64,000 nt of DNA from Octopus vulgaris (Eukaryota). Positions 13,443-26,258 of this stretch are shown one piece after another. The notes beneath the pieces are model-generated. The model was given only the letters and a program-made list of their open reading frames with translations. It was not told the DNA's origin and did not search any database. The position numbers and the translations under genes are program-made. The DNA lies in assembly GCA_951406725.2 (NCBI GenBank), contig OX597818.1, positions 102,548,001-102,612,000 on the forward strand, given 5' to 3'. Each line of letters begins with the position of its first letter. The first letter of the stretch is position 1.

Positions 13443-14075
13443 GGTGTGTGTGTGTGATTACAGGTTAATATAACATGGCAGTTCTGTCATTTGGCCATGA
13501 AGGTTTTCTAGGGATTTAGAGATAGACCCCCCATAAGCATATATATTCTGAAACTGCATTAACTAGGGTACTTGGATAAGTATATGTTATTATGATCAAA
13601 GGGTTCTCCGGGGATCACAAAAAACTGAAAAAAAGTTCTTATTGATTTAAATGAAATTTATACCTAGATGAATGAGCGGAAATGTTACCTTTTCCCAAAT
13701 ATCAGCAAATTTCACTAATATTAAGACACTTTTATGTGAGCTAAATCCCCTTATATTGCAAATTTTAGAAGCCCATAATTTGAGTATCTGAACCACTACT
13801 TTCAAGGGGTTTTCCTAATAATTAGATGTAAAACAACATTTATAAAAAAAATGTCTGCAAATTTACATATTTTATCTATGACAAATGCTGACTACAATTA
13901 TAGCAAGAAAAATTATTACTGAATGCTTCTACCTTTGTGACATTTTCTTTTTATTAATTTTTCTTCAGACACCCATTATGTCAGCTTTGGTCAGAAAGGT
14001 GCATTTGTCCAAAGTTAGAGGCCAACTGTAAGACCAAATTTACAATCAACTTCCGGAAAATAAGCATGCTAAAAG

Positions 14076-14125
14076 AGACATGTTCGGGGTTTTAATGCAA
14101 CAACAGGAACTGTTATTCGAGCTAA

Positions 14126-14164
<39 letters not shown>

Positions 14165-14251
14165 CTAGTACTATATATATATACTTCTGTACCTACATAC
14201 ATATATATATATATATGTATATTTATATATATATATATATATATATTATTT

Positions 14252-14333
<82 letters not shown>

Positions 14334-14392
14334 AATATACATATATATATATATATGTATGTATGTAGGTAATATATATATATATGTATGTA

Positions 14393-14444
<52 letters not shown>

Positions 14445-14490
14445 CTCGAATAACAGTTCCTGTTGTTGCATTAAAACCCCGAACATGTCT
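14076..14490. repeat. Inverted repeat, exact 50-bp arms around a TA-rich spacer
   Basis: 14076-14125 is the reverse complement of 14441-14490. Confidence 0.95.
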
Positions 14491-14616
14491 GAAATGGAAA
14501 GAGAAATAAAAACGTTTACCCTATCTTTTCTGGACTATGCATAGTTTCGGCAAATTTTGTAAATAAAACAAAATTTTTCTAAAATTATTTTGCTACTCCA
14601 AGATTTATTAATTTAT

Positions 14617-14654
<38 letters not shown>

Positions 14655-14783
14655 ATAAATTAATAAATCTTGGAGTAGCAAAATAATTTTAGAAAAATTT
14701 TGTTTTATTTACAAAATTTGCCGAAACTATGCATAGTCCAGAAAAGATAGGGTAAACGTTTCTATTTCTCTTTCCATTTCAGA
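14488..14783. repeat. ~296-bp near-perfect palindrome centred on (AT)n, carrying hammerhead 3' half in each arm
   Basis: Arms match with one substitution seen; GAAACTATGCATAGTC at 14723-14738 (+) and 14533-14548 (-). Confidence 0.95.
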
Positions 14784-14861
14784 ATTACAACTATTAGTGG
14801 TTTGGAGCTTAACTGCTCTTTCTAGATGTCCTATTATGGTAATCTCTTATGTGCTTAAATG

Positions 14862-14931
<70 letters not shown>

Positions 14932-15732
14932 ATATGTATATTTACATACACACACATACATATGTGTATGTGTGTGTGTGTGTGTAAATATATGCTCATA
15001 TACATATTCAATTACGCGTTAAAGTATATTTCTATTCTGAGACGCAAGTATGATGGAATTTATTATAACTTAACGGTTTACAACATGAATTGGAATAAGG
15101 CACCAAATAGAGTAAAATGGAATTGGCTTCGAACACCCTTCACAGTGTTTCAGCGTTATTGTAATAACTACTTTCTTACATGCCTGGAACAACTGCACGC
15201 AAGCACTAATTATGACTTTACACAGTGAGCATTGAATATAGATTTTGTATTTCTTCTCTGTATATGAGTAGTTCGTGTATGAATTTTATGTTTTCCTTTG
15301 AGTGAATCACGAAATATCTCCTAGCTTCAATGAAACGACGTGTTTTATACACCCTGTAGAAGTACCAATAATTTTCTATTATTTCCTATTTTTAGATTAG
15401 CACGCTTCAATTCCTTTAAAACATATATCAAAGCTTCACTCCTAAGATAGTGGATAACATTGTCTTACAGTGTCATATGAATAGTTAGAAGACTTGACTG
15501 AAGGATAAGATTATTTTATTCACTGCATTTTTCGTATAGTAGAGCTTATTCGACTCATATAAGAAACGATACCGTAAACTAACCAACTCAGAACGAGCGT
15601 TACGTGAAATCGAGTGACATGAAGTGTGCACGTGGTAATATACTAAATATCAGTACAGAATTCGACAACTGCAATAATTCATATATTCCTGTAGAACCAA
15701 AATTCGTGTCAAAGGTAAGTAATATAATGCAG

Positions 15733-16309
15733 GAAACTGAGGCCCCTCCCAGAAGCAAAGGTGATTTTGTCATCTCCTTCCAGAAAGGAGGGGCAATACA
15801 GAGCTGCGTAGACAAGCTGGATGACCGCAGATAGGAGCCCATGTCCTGGACAGAGGACGAAGATTGGCCTCCGCTGGTAACTACGAAGGTCATATCGGAT
15901 GTCGCTATGTTCAGGGTGATGGGCGCCTTCTCGAAAGACATGTTCAGATTTACGTTCTGGGGCCTCGACCTAGATCTAGAACAGTACCTAAGGGTGGCGT
16001 ATAGCCTGGTCGAGGAGGAAGGAGCTTAATTGCCTTAATTATGTATTTTAAATTGTAAAAACTTTGGCAAGAAGTTTATTGCCTTAACTATGTGTTTCAT
16101 ATTGTAAAAACTACTGTAAGAGGTTTAATACCTCATTTTCTATTCTTCTGAAGAACAAAGTTTTAGAGAAGCAAGGGTCGGCGGGCGCTTTTTGTCTTCT
16201 CCCATCCTTATCATCTTCGTTTCATTATTATTCACTTTATTAATGTTTTTGTCCAGGTCGCAAAGCTACACTCTATGTACTGTCCTTATGGCAAATATAA
16301 TGAAATAAA
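15733..16309 (+). mobile_element. 5'-truncated ORF1-only LINE-like retroelement
   Basis: TSD taatataatRcag 15720-15732/16310-16322; A-rich tail; frame with one in-frame stop (VISFQKGG...*EPMSWTEDEDWPP) resembling the C-terminus of the 17543 element. Confidence 0.7.
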
Positions 16310-16599
16310 TAATATAATACAGTGTTGAAGATATGTACCATCAATAGTTATGTCAAGTGCATCATTCAGATAAACTCACTCAGCATCCAGCAATTCATCC
16401 TATTTCTATCCTTAAATGAGCTTACATCATTAGTCAGTCTGGTCCCTCGAAGACAACAACGCTAACTTTGGTATAGATTGGAATGAAATTAGTAAAGCTA
16501 CGCCATATAGAATAGGAGGGAAGATATGTGATTTTGCATAGTAGAAATGTAACAGATTCTTAATCCAAATATAAATTAGCTAACATTAAACTAGAACAG

Positions 16600-16852
16600 T
16601 GGAGGCGCGTGGCTTAGTGGTTGGGGTGTCAGCACCATGATCGCAAGTTTATGGTTTCGATTCCTAGACCCAGCGATGCCTTGTGTTCTTGAGCAAAACA
16701 CTTCATTTCAAGTTGCTCCAGTCCACTCAGCTGGCAAAAATGAGTGACACTGTGATAGACTGGCGTCTCGTCTAGCTGGGGAACACATATGCCATAGAAA
16801 CCGGGAAAACGGACCCATGAGCCTGGCTAGGCTTTAAAGGGGCGCCAAAAAA
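16600..16852 (+). mobile_element. Meta-domain-type tRNA-derived SINE
   Basis: tggcttagtgg A-box, gtttcgattcc B-box, ttgtgttcttgagcaaaacactt...tgctccagtccactcagctg central domain. Confidence 0.85.
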
Positions 16853-17504
16853 ATAAAAGAAACTACAATTGGCCTTGAGGTATTTACACCTGCATAGGAA
16901 AACCTTTCAGGATTTTTTATGCATATATCGCGTTTGTATAAAAAAGGGGAGGTACAGAATAATGTTGGTATGTGTAGGGACACAATATGGCCTAACTGTC
17001 GACCTAATATCTTGCTTATCATTAGCTTAAAACTTCTTGGCTCTTCTTAGTTTTTTTCCCTATATATCATAGTGACACATAATGGTATCAAAACGTATGA
17101 CTAACACTTAAATACAAATAAAAAGGGTGCGACTAAATTATATATTGATGGAACCCTAACGACGTAATTAAGTTTAATTATACACGTGGGAAATCTGTCT
17201 GGCGACAGTTGGTGCTATGACCTACATTTGCTTTCTGAGTAAGAGGCGGAGAGAAAGAGAACCTCTCAAGAAATAGAATTGAGGGTGAAGTTTGCTTTTA
17301 ATCGGAGAAAACAATGGTTCTATAATCACTTTTTTTTTCAGTTTAATTACAATTTTTCTCAATCTCCTATAACCCTAAGGAAAACCACGTTAGAATGCCG
17401 AAATACAATTTGATCTAATTCAACATAGAGTAACCCCACGTCTCCTGCTCTGGACTGGTGTTAAGTTGAGATCGCCCGAGATATAAATTTTATAACCATA
17501 TCGT

Positions 17505-17542
17505 AGGCGCAGGAGTGGCTGTGTGGTATGTAGCTTGTTTAC
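17505..17542 (+). mobile_element. SINE family A head, split by the insertion at 17543
   Basis: aggcgcaggagtggctgtgtggtatgtagcttgtttac continues at 19403. Confidence 0.9.
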
Positions 17543-19394
17543 AGGTTGCTTCTGCGCATGTGCATGTCAGTGTTGTACTTGACACCGAAGATGTAAGACG
17601 TGTTTTTGAAAGCCGTCTTAAATTGAAGACTTTTGAATACTCAGCCGTAACGTAAGAATTTTGGGGGTTTAGTGGGGACCTGTTGTATGTTGCAAATTAT
17701 TTTTACAAGCAACAAGTCCTCACTAGGCTCTAGTCTGCTGGAGGCTGAGTGAAAATATTATTCACTTAATTTTGAAAAATTATTGGTTTGGTAGGCGTAT
17801 CCTGCCACACATTTGTTTGAAAATAGTGTTGTTGCTGTTAAGGAGTAGCTAGAAGAAATTTAGAATGATTTCTTAACTGTTTTACAGTTGTGTTAAATTT
17901 TGGCCGTAACGGGGAATTGAGAATTTTTTAAAAGAATTCTCCATATGAATTCAAGTGGGCGTATCTCGCCAGAAAAATAAGAATTTGCCATTTGGATTAC
18001 CCTTTTGGATTACCTTTTGGATTACCTTTTTGGAGTATTATACAAAGGATTCCCTGTCTGTGCCATTTGTGAGGTTTTTCTTTTACTTTCCCCTTCTCCT
18101 ATTTTTCTTTCTTTCTAAATATTGGTTCATTCTTTTCATTACTTTAATTTCAGTTTCCTCCCCTCCTCTTTTATTTTGTTTTATTTTTATTCGATTCAAT
18201 TTTTTTGGCAGACTGTCTTTTGAACTACTTTTGAACTGTTTTTTGACATGGTAGAGAAGGAACTTAAAAAGAAAATCTCTGCCTTAGAGTGGGAAATTAA
18301 TCCACCTAAGCAATGGTTAAAAGATATGGAGGAGAAGACGATGGTACTTAGAACGTATTCTAAAGTTCTTAATTCCATCACCGTCTTCCCAAAACAAGTC
18401 ATAAAAACTGAACTTAAAGTGTCAAACATGCAACCGTATGGTTGCTGTTTGACAACGGGAAAAAGGCTCACCAGTTTGCGAGTCAGCCTTTAGATGGCAA
18501 GGAAATTTTGTTTCTCCCGTCATATTGTGGAAGAAAATTAATACGAGCTTGGGTATGTGGGCTCCCCCCCGGGCACTGAAGTGGATTGGATTGAAGATAC
18601 CATCCGACGGGGACTGGGGGATGGCGGACCCAGGCTCCTAAATGTAAGGGTATTGCCTCCTCAACTCAAACAAGATTAAAAAGGAAGAAGGCGGGCAACA
18701 ATAGTTGCCCGCCGAAGGAACCTAAGGCTTCGGGAGGCGAGGGAGAGTCTCCGGACAAAGCGGAAGAGCTCCACTCTCCCGAAGCCAGGAAGAAAAAAAA
18801 AAAGAAAGAAGAAGAACGGGTCATCTCAGCAGGGAGATGATGTGCCGACTGCATGCCCCGAAGTTGTGCCACCCACGGTGGAAGAAACCACCGCCACTCT
18901 TAAAGATGATCAATTGATTATCTTTTTCTACAAGGGCGGGGAGGTAGAAAAATAGTAGAACAGAAAGAAACCTTAGATATGCCCTTCACACGAGATCCCG
19001 AATGGCCTCCGCAGATAGATGTGGAGGTCATAAGGTTTCCCTTGTGGGAAAGGCTTAAAGGATTTGGGGAGGAGTGTCGCATATGGCCGGGTGGCCCTTA
19101 CACGACTTACATGTCCTACATGTGTGAGGCATGGGAAATGGCGGGATACAGGAACTCAAGCGGCATTGAAGATAATTATGAACATATCGATGGATATATC
19201 GAAGAGTAGGAGGTGAAAGACCCTCGTTAAAGAGTTTGAAACCTCACCTTATTGGACTATTTTGTAGTGGTTTATAACCTCAATTTTGTGTTTTAAGAAA
19301 GAAAAAAGAAAATATGTTACCTAAGAGGTTTTAGTCCCTCCTTGTAAAAGGTTTGAAACCTTATATTGATTTTAAAAAAGAAAAAAAAGAAAAT
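17543..19394 (+). mobile_element. ORF1-only (HAL1-like) L1/Tx1-type retroelement, apparently full length, nested in a SINE
   Basis: TSD ttgtttac 17535-17542/19395-19402; A-rich tail; ~700-bp 5' UTR; one frameshifted ORF; no RT or endonuclease motifs seen. Confidence 0.75.
18248..19209 (+). pseudogene. Frameshifted ORF1/gag-like protein of the 17543 element
   Basis: MVEKELKK..LRTYSKV / ATVWLLFDNGKKAHQFASQPL..LFLPSYCGRKLIRAWVCGLPPGTEVDW (RRM-like) / Lys-Glu-rich linker / IIFFYKGG..MPFTRDPEWPP. Confidence 0.6.
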
Positions 19395-19402
19395 TTGTTT
19401 AC

Positions 19403-19759
19403 CACATGGTTCCGGGTTCAGTCCCACTGCGTGGTACATTGGGCAAGTGTCTTCTACTATAGCTTCGGGCCGACCAAAGCCTTGTGAGTGGATTTGGTAG
19501 ACGGAAACTGAAAGAAGCCTGTCGTATATATGTATATATATGTATGTGCGTGTATGTTTGTGTGTCTGTGTTTGTCCCGTATCATTGCTTGACAACCAAT
19601 GCTGGTGTGTTTCTGTCCTCGTCACTTAACGGTCCGGCAAAGAGACCGATATAATAAGTACTGGGCTTACAAAGAATAAGTCCCGGGATTGAGTTGCTCG
19701 ATTAAAGGCAGTGCACCTGCATGGTCGCAGTCAAAATGACTGAAACAAGTAAAAAGAGA
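19403..19759 (+). mobile_element. SINE family A, remainder after the insertion
   Basis: cacatggttccgggttcagtccc...gactgaaacaagtaaaaagag. Confidence 0.9.
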
Positions 19760-20061
19760 TATCAGATTTCAATATATCCCCCGTCATTTCACTTGCTTTC
19801 TTAAACCAGCCTCATATAAATAAATTAAGTCAATTCTCTTCCAACCATGTTTGCTGAAGGACTTTGAATGAAGGTGCTCAGATTTTACTGGGTTGCATGG
19901 GCAAGTGCACAAACTCTGTACAGTAGAAATACGTGTCGGTCATAACCAGATAATTATCCTGTATCACCAATTTCAAAATTGATACACCTGTCAGTGTAAT
20001 TTTATAATTGTTTGAAATATATATATATTGAAGAAATTGGGGTCAAAAGATTTATTTTTTA

Positions 20062-20145
20062 ATCACTACAAATGTTTCGACGCAACGAAGTTCTCCAGGT
20101 CTGCAGGTACTTGATTCTGCAAATGCTTCCCTGCATTATCAGATC
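20062..20145 (-). ncRNA. Degenerate type I hammerhead in a TA-flanked fragment
   Basis: Minus strand CTGATAA...tgcgtcGAAACATTTGTA; G8 replaced by A, weak stem I. Confidence 0.45.
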
Positions 20146-20283
20146 TACTTGTGTTTCAGCAGGCGGTATGTAACTATTTTGTCCGTAAGTTTAAAATACT
20201 CGACTTCAAGAACATCTTATCTGTCTATCGTGGCCTGTATTTGGTAGCAGTCACTTAGACTATCAGGATGTTTTGCTGCGGAA

Positions 20284-20341
<58 letters not shown>

Positions 20342-20778
20342 AATGTTTAAGTAGTTGAATGAATTATCCTAGTATGGATAATTCGGTTAACCGATACTCG
20401 GGTAGCAAATTTACGTCAAAAAGTACGGTTGAAGCTACATACCAACACAAACAATCACGCACACATATACACACACATAGACACGAATGCAGTTATATAC
20501 ATACACACACATAGGCACTCAATCTCATTGGCAAAAGCAAACAACAACGCATCACCATACATACGACTTGCACTCTGTCACCCCCCTATTCTTAGAACCT
20601 GCCCCTTCCAACCATTTTTGAACTCTTGAACTTTTTAGAATCTTATCCATCCAACCAATTTTGACGTCACTGCTTATAACGGAATATTTTAAAGAAACAC
20701 TCATTATCACTATGGACTCCTTGTGGGCGGTCATCTAAACGGTTTTGTTCGTCATGATGCTGACATAAGTTCCTTGTC

Positions 20779-20859
20779 TTTCCTGATGAGAAGACGGCAT
20801 AATGCGCCCTTTATTCCTTCGGAATTAAGAATATGCAGTCATCGAAACATATGTCGAGA
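20779..20859 (+). ncRNA. Type I hammerhead ribozyme, intact core
   Basis: tttc-CTGATGA-gaagac...gtcatc-GAAACATATGTC-gaga; palindromic stem III ACATATGT; GUC site after 20855. Confidence 0.75.
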
Positions 20860-20901
20860 ATAAAGAAATTTTGTTAAATCCTCGTTCGACTCCATTCTTT
20901 C

Positions 20902-20985
<84 letters not shown>

Positions 20986-21071
20986 ATATATACATATATA
21001 TATTCACATTCATATGCAAACCCTTCTACGTATATGTATGGATGTATGTATTTATGTATATATATATATGA

Positions 21072-21666
21072 CATTAGAAGAGTGAATTTATTAAACGGAG
21101 TGGAATAGGTATCATCAAATAAATGTAAAAGGTTTCGTGTTAATATGGATTATTTTATTATATTTAACCAGACAGCTCTGTTTATGTCGCAAAAGAACAT
21201 AATTCGGGCATACATTTGAACAATAGATATTTCAACAAAAGTAATAGACACTATAATATTATGTCATATGGAACTCATTAGTGGAGACAATAATTAAATA
21301 TTTAAAATTAATATCTTTAGTTTTCTTCTTTGTGATCATTTTATATTAATTTCTTTTTGTGGGTGATTTATATTTCATCCCTTCAGTATAAAAATGATCG
21401 CAAACAAGAATGCTAAAGCTACTAATTTTAAATATTTAAATATTTAGTTATCATCCACTGATGAGTTCCAAATGATGTAATATTACAATGTGTTTTCTTT
21501 TTGTTGAACTACCAATACTTAACTTGTATACCAGAAATATGATATTTTGCGACAGACACAACTGTCTGGTTAAATTAAATATAATATACCATAATAGCAT
21601 CAAAAGCTGTTCCATTCATTTAATGACATTTATCTAACTCCGTCGAATAAATTGATTCTTCTAATG
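21072..21666. repeat. Old imperfect ~595-bp palindrome with decayed hammerhead in each arm
   Basis: Arms align end to end as reverse complements; ccaCTGATGAg 21455-21465 and gacacaactgtctgg in right arm, counterparts in left arm. Confidence 0.8.
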
Positions 21667-21682
21667 ACGTTTATTTTAAATT

Positions 21683-21839
21683 GTGGCTGTGTGGTAAGTA
21701 GCTTGCTAACCAACCACATGGTTCCGGGTTAAGTCCCACTGTGTGACATCTTGCGCAAGTGTCTTCTGCTACAGCCTCGGACCGACCAATGCCTTGTGAG
21801 TGGATTTGGTAGACGGAAACTGAAAGAAGCCTGTCGTAG

Positions 21840-21882
<43 letters not shown>

Positions 21883-22093
21883 TGTGTGTCTCTGTTTGTC
21901 CCCCTAGCATTACTTGACAAGCGATGCTGGTGTGTTTACGTCCCCGTCACTTAGCGGTTCGGCAAAAGTAACCGATAGAATAAGTACTGGGCTTACAAAG
22001 AATAAGTCCCGGGGTCGATTTGCTCGACTAACTGCGGTGCTCCAGCATGGCCGCTGTCAAATGACTGAAACAAGTAAAAGAGTAAAGAGTAAG
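21683..22093 (+). mobile_element. SINE family A
   Basis: Near full-length match to the 3248 copy; aagagt-type tail repeats. Confidence 0.9.
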
Positions 22094-22115
22094 AGTATAT
22101 ATGCATAGACGCATA

Positions 22116-22151
<36 letters not shown>

Positions 22152-22269
22152 AACACGCACGCGAATTTGGTTTTGTATACATACATATATACTTATAAAT
22201 GAATATATGTACATACACGCATATATATACATACATGCACGAGTGTTTATACACACACTTACACATATA

Positions 22270-22504
22270 CAGGGTTGGCCAAAAGTCACTTGACATATAT
22301 TCAAACCCATTTAATTCTCAAGATTTATTTATGTTTAACAACTAAATGAATTTGATAAGATCATCTAAATATGAAACAGCATGAAAATTGTTCAAACCGA
22401 TGTCATTCTTGAGCGACACCATTTTTTCAAATGAATAAATAAAATTGAATATCCAGAATTTTTGGAGTTTTGCTTTACTTTCGGATAACTTTTGGCTATC
22501 TCTA
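22270..22504. mobile_element. Tc1/mariner-type MITE, decayed
   Basis: TA|cagggttggccaaaagtcac at left; degenerate inverse ataacttttggctatctcta at right. Confidence 0.5.
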
Positions 22505-22585
22505 TCTCTATATATATATGTTACTTATGTAGATACAAACATTCATGCATTGTAAACATGCGGACAAAACACATACGAATATATA

Positions 22586-22632
22586 TGGCCACAGCTCATG
22601 AGCTGAAACTAGAATCAATCAATCAATCAATC
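22586..22632 (+). mobile_element. Short retroelement 3' end with (ATCA)n tail
   Basis: gagctgaaactagaatcaatcaatcaatcaatca. Confidence 0.45.
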
Positions 22633-23594
22633 ATAGAGAGAAATGCAACCTGACACACGCACACATGGATTGGGGGCAAGAAGAGACGGAGAAAGCTCAC
22701 TGCATTATTACTATTATTTCGCAATGACGCATATCGAAAATGCATATTTGGCGCAGCATGCTTCTTTATTAAGTTTTCGTTACTTAACAGGATGTACAAG
22801 GTTTCCTCAAGGCTATATTTTGTTTGAGATAAAGGTATACTTGTTAAACGATTAGGACATAAAATGAATTGGTCTAATATACCTACATGATTCCTTCAAT
22901 TACCTTGATACTGAGATTAATTGCTCTAGGAGATGAATCAATTTCTTGGGTAGTTCACCGTTACTGTGAGTATTTACGAATATACGGCAACTTTATCTTT
23001 ACAAAACATAATAGATTTAACCATTGTTTTCTCTAAATATCTGTGCGTTTGGTAACATCAGTTTTAAATCCATAACGCCGTCATTCACATATTTTTCCAA
23101 AGTGTGGTGTTGAAGGCAGGATTATAAAGTATACTAAAGGTCAGTGTGGTGACGCTGACCTGATTCGCAGGCTTTATCCTCATACTGAGATTTTTGAAAG
23201 GTGGATGGAATGGTTCACTTATGTCGTCCGGTATTCACTGGATGTCTATATAGCCAGAGATGTAATAAAGGTAATAATAGAAGATATCCCTTTTTTCTCA
23301 TGAGTAGGACAGGTGTTCATAAGACAATCTCTTGATTGAAAAGTATTCATTACGGTACATCAGAACTTGATATAGATTGCTTCATGACAATGTATGTTAT
23401 AAAACATCACTTCACATTTACAAATCATTTCCACATATTTTCAGCTACCTGTACATCAATATGTGCGCAAAGAGGTACTATGCTCTTACAGCCTATAATG
23501 TATTTTACGATATTCATACTCCCGGTAAGCTACATCATTGTTACTCTGTTTTTTGGTAATCAAACATAAATAATAATATTACTGTTTTCCCGGA

Positions 23595-23853
23595 TGGCGG
23601 CGAGCTGGGAGAATCGTTAGGACGTCGTGAGGATGGGCAGCACGCCGACAGAATGGTTAAAACGCCGGCAGAATGCTAAGCAGCATTTAGGCACTGAGTC
23701 TAAATACGGCTTTACGTTCTAAGTTCAAATACCGCCGAGGTCGACGCTGTCTTTTATTTTTTCGGGTTCTACGAGTTAGACATTGGAGTTGAGCTAATCG
23801 ACTCAGCTCTTCTCCTAAAATTGCTGGATTTGTGCCAAAATTTAAAATCAATA
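23595..23853 (+). mobile_element. Nin-type SINE, diverged
   Basis: ggcggcgagctgg head, gttcaaataccgccgaggtcgac, tgtgccaaaattt tail. Confidence 0.75.
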
Positions 23854-26177
23854 TTATGCTTTATCGAGCTTAATATTTATGGGAGGAGAGTATATGCTGT
23901 TGCTATCATTTTGCAAAATGGTCAGATTCCAACAGAGATAGAGTGGGCAGTAAAAATATATGTGTAGGTGTTATGTTCCTTGCCATGACCACACGTAGAG
24001 CAGATCTAATTATCTTTGCCTGGAAAGCCCACTATTGTAAGTGTGCACAACGATGTATATATCGACGTTATTCATATTCTAACAAGGTCACATTATTCCA
24101 CTCCTCATTGTGTGTTTTCAGGCTATTAAAATGATTCAACATGTTGTCTGCGCACATCTAATCAGACGTATCACCATGAAAGAATATTAGTTCCTTATTT
24201 TTTCTTAGTTTCTTGTTTACTCAATTAACATTTAGTTTTGGTGTTGTACGGATTTGTCAATCATTTGCTTGTTAATCCCGTATAAGATTGTGTTACTAAA
24301 TTTAGATGTAACATAGCATATGACATGTGCAATTCGCCTACATACTACCTTTGTGCTTCAGAAAAATGAAAGAAATAAAAGAAACTAGAAAGAAATTTTC
24401 AAGAAAGAAAACTTATAAATATTTTCCTGTAAATGGTTATGAAATACATTTTTGTATCAAAAGAAGTGAATATCTCGCCAGAATTACAAAACCAAGCGGC
24501 AGAAAGTGACCAGAAGTTATTGCCATAAGAAGGGCGGAGATAGCTTGCGATTAAAGCACTGCTGTAAGGAAGCCTGTTTTCAAGGCCGACAGAGATGACG
24601 TCTCTGTAAAGTAATCTTTCTCGAATCTTATAAGAATCAATTAATTTACGATTCAGCTTTCAGCGCTGTGTGATGGGCTTCAATACTTAATCAATATTTG
24701 AAGGTGGTACTGAGTTTACTCTGCTCTACCGATTGTTATCGGTTATTCTCTGGTTTTGGATCGATAGTGGATATGCCATAGCATACAATAATTCCTTGCA
24801 AATTATACCTACTGTGAAATTAAGTATTTTCTAACCACCAAGATTCACTTGAATAGCAATGCAACAAAATTAATTCAATGCGAATTAACACACAGATATA
24901 TTTTCCCCTGCGCAACATGCCCAAGGAATAGTGCAGGTGTATAAAGGAAGAAAACAGAGATAAAGACTTCTAAATTGTGCTTATAACTGCAAGCTGCAAA
25001 AGGTAATTGAAAACCGTGCTTCGGCTCAAATACCGTATTGCAGTATCCTTATCAGAGCTTTGACTTATATCGTTCAACAAGGCAAACCAGTCCGCAGCAT
25101 TGTTATATTCTGTTATAATCTTTATTGTGTTGAACTGTTATAACGCCCATTTCGGTATCAAATATACTTAGTAAAACCAGTAAAAACACGACTTTCTCTC
25201 ACCGCCCACTACGTAGTCTGGTACTACTATTTACTTATAGTGTCTATGTTATTTCGTTCGTCACGTGGCAGAGGCGTACCATTATTACTATTTCCATACA
25301 ACACCACCCCTTTTAAGTTTTTTTCTTAAGAAGCGTCATTTTTTGAAGCAATAGCTTTTGTTATTCATCCCATCTCACGTTTTTGAGGAATTATTTTCGT
25401 ACATCTTCATATATTTTTGCATTTGGCATATATTTTCAGAAACTCTGAATGTTTTGTTTTCATATCACTTGTACGCCTGGGTTCAATCACCTACAGTGGC
25501 GTTGCTACTTGGAACGTATCGTACAAATATTCTATCGGTTCCTTCAGCTCCTTCGATTCGCTTTCCAGGAATCTGTTTTTGACTTGGTTCCTGTCTCTCT
25601 TTGCCTTTTCTACTTTTTACCCAATACATCATATTGCTTATGCAGTTGGAACTGACGACAATAGTTTGAATCGAAGTTGTAGGAATCACAAGGATGCTAA
25701 TGTTCGAAGGTGCTTCCTCTAACAAGAAGATGCCATATATATTAAGCAATATCTATAACTTTCTACACGGTTGAGGACGAATTGTAGATCAGTGTTCTGA
25801 GGAATGAAGACGGGGAAACTGAAGAGACTTCATTTCGGATGTAGCGGAGACATACAAATGAATGACGAATACTGAGAGCAAGGAAGCAAATTTCAATTAT
25901 CGCTAAAGGATAATAGCTGCAAAAATAACTGCCGGAAAACAGCAAGCTACAATATAGGTTTGCCGCTTTGCACAACAGTAAGGAATGAGTTATACTTCTC
26001 TTAAAAGGGTTAAATGCATTAATTATATTGAGTTCCTGTCAGTGTTATAGCTAGGCAGATAATATCTCCAGGAATTAATTCGCTGGCAACAATTTTCAAA
26101 GGATTCACTGACTCGAAACACATTAAAGGCCACGCTGGATATTAATTTGATCATTTCGGTAGATTTGTCCAACTTAC

Positions 26178-26258
26178 TAGTGGATATATTCCATACCATG
26201 TCACCTACAGCTATGCATTCACTCATCGTATGGAATACAAATGGTTCGACACTTCTCA
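26178..26258 (-). CDS. Candidate symmetric 81-bp exon of unknown gene
   Basis: ccattcacttcag acceptor, CTA|gtaagt donor, open phase 1-1: RSVEPFVFHTMSECIAVGDMVWNIST. Confidence 0.25.

Noticed and set aside
16600-16670. tRNA-like sequences (also 37207, 57150, 63411) as tRNA genes
   Set aside because: A/B boxes run into SINE bodies; no complete cloverleaf seen.
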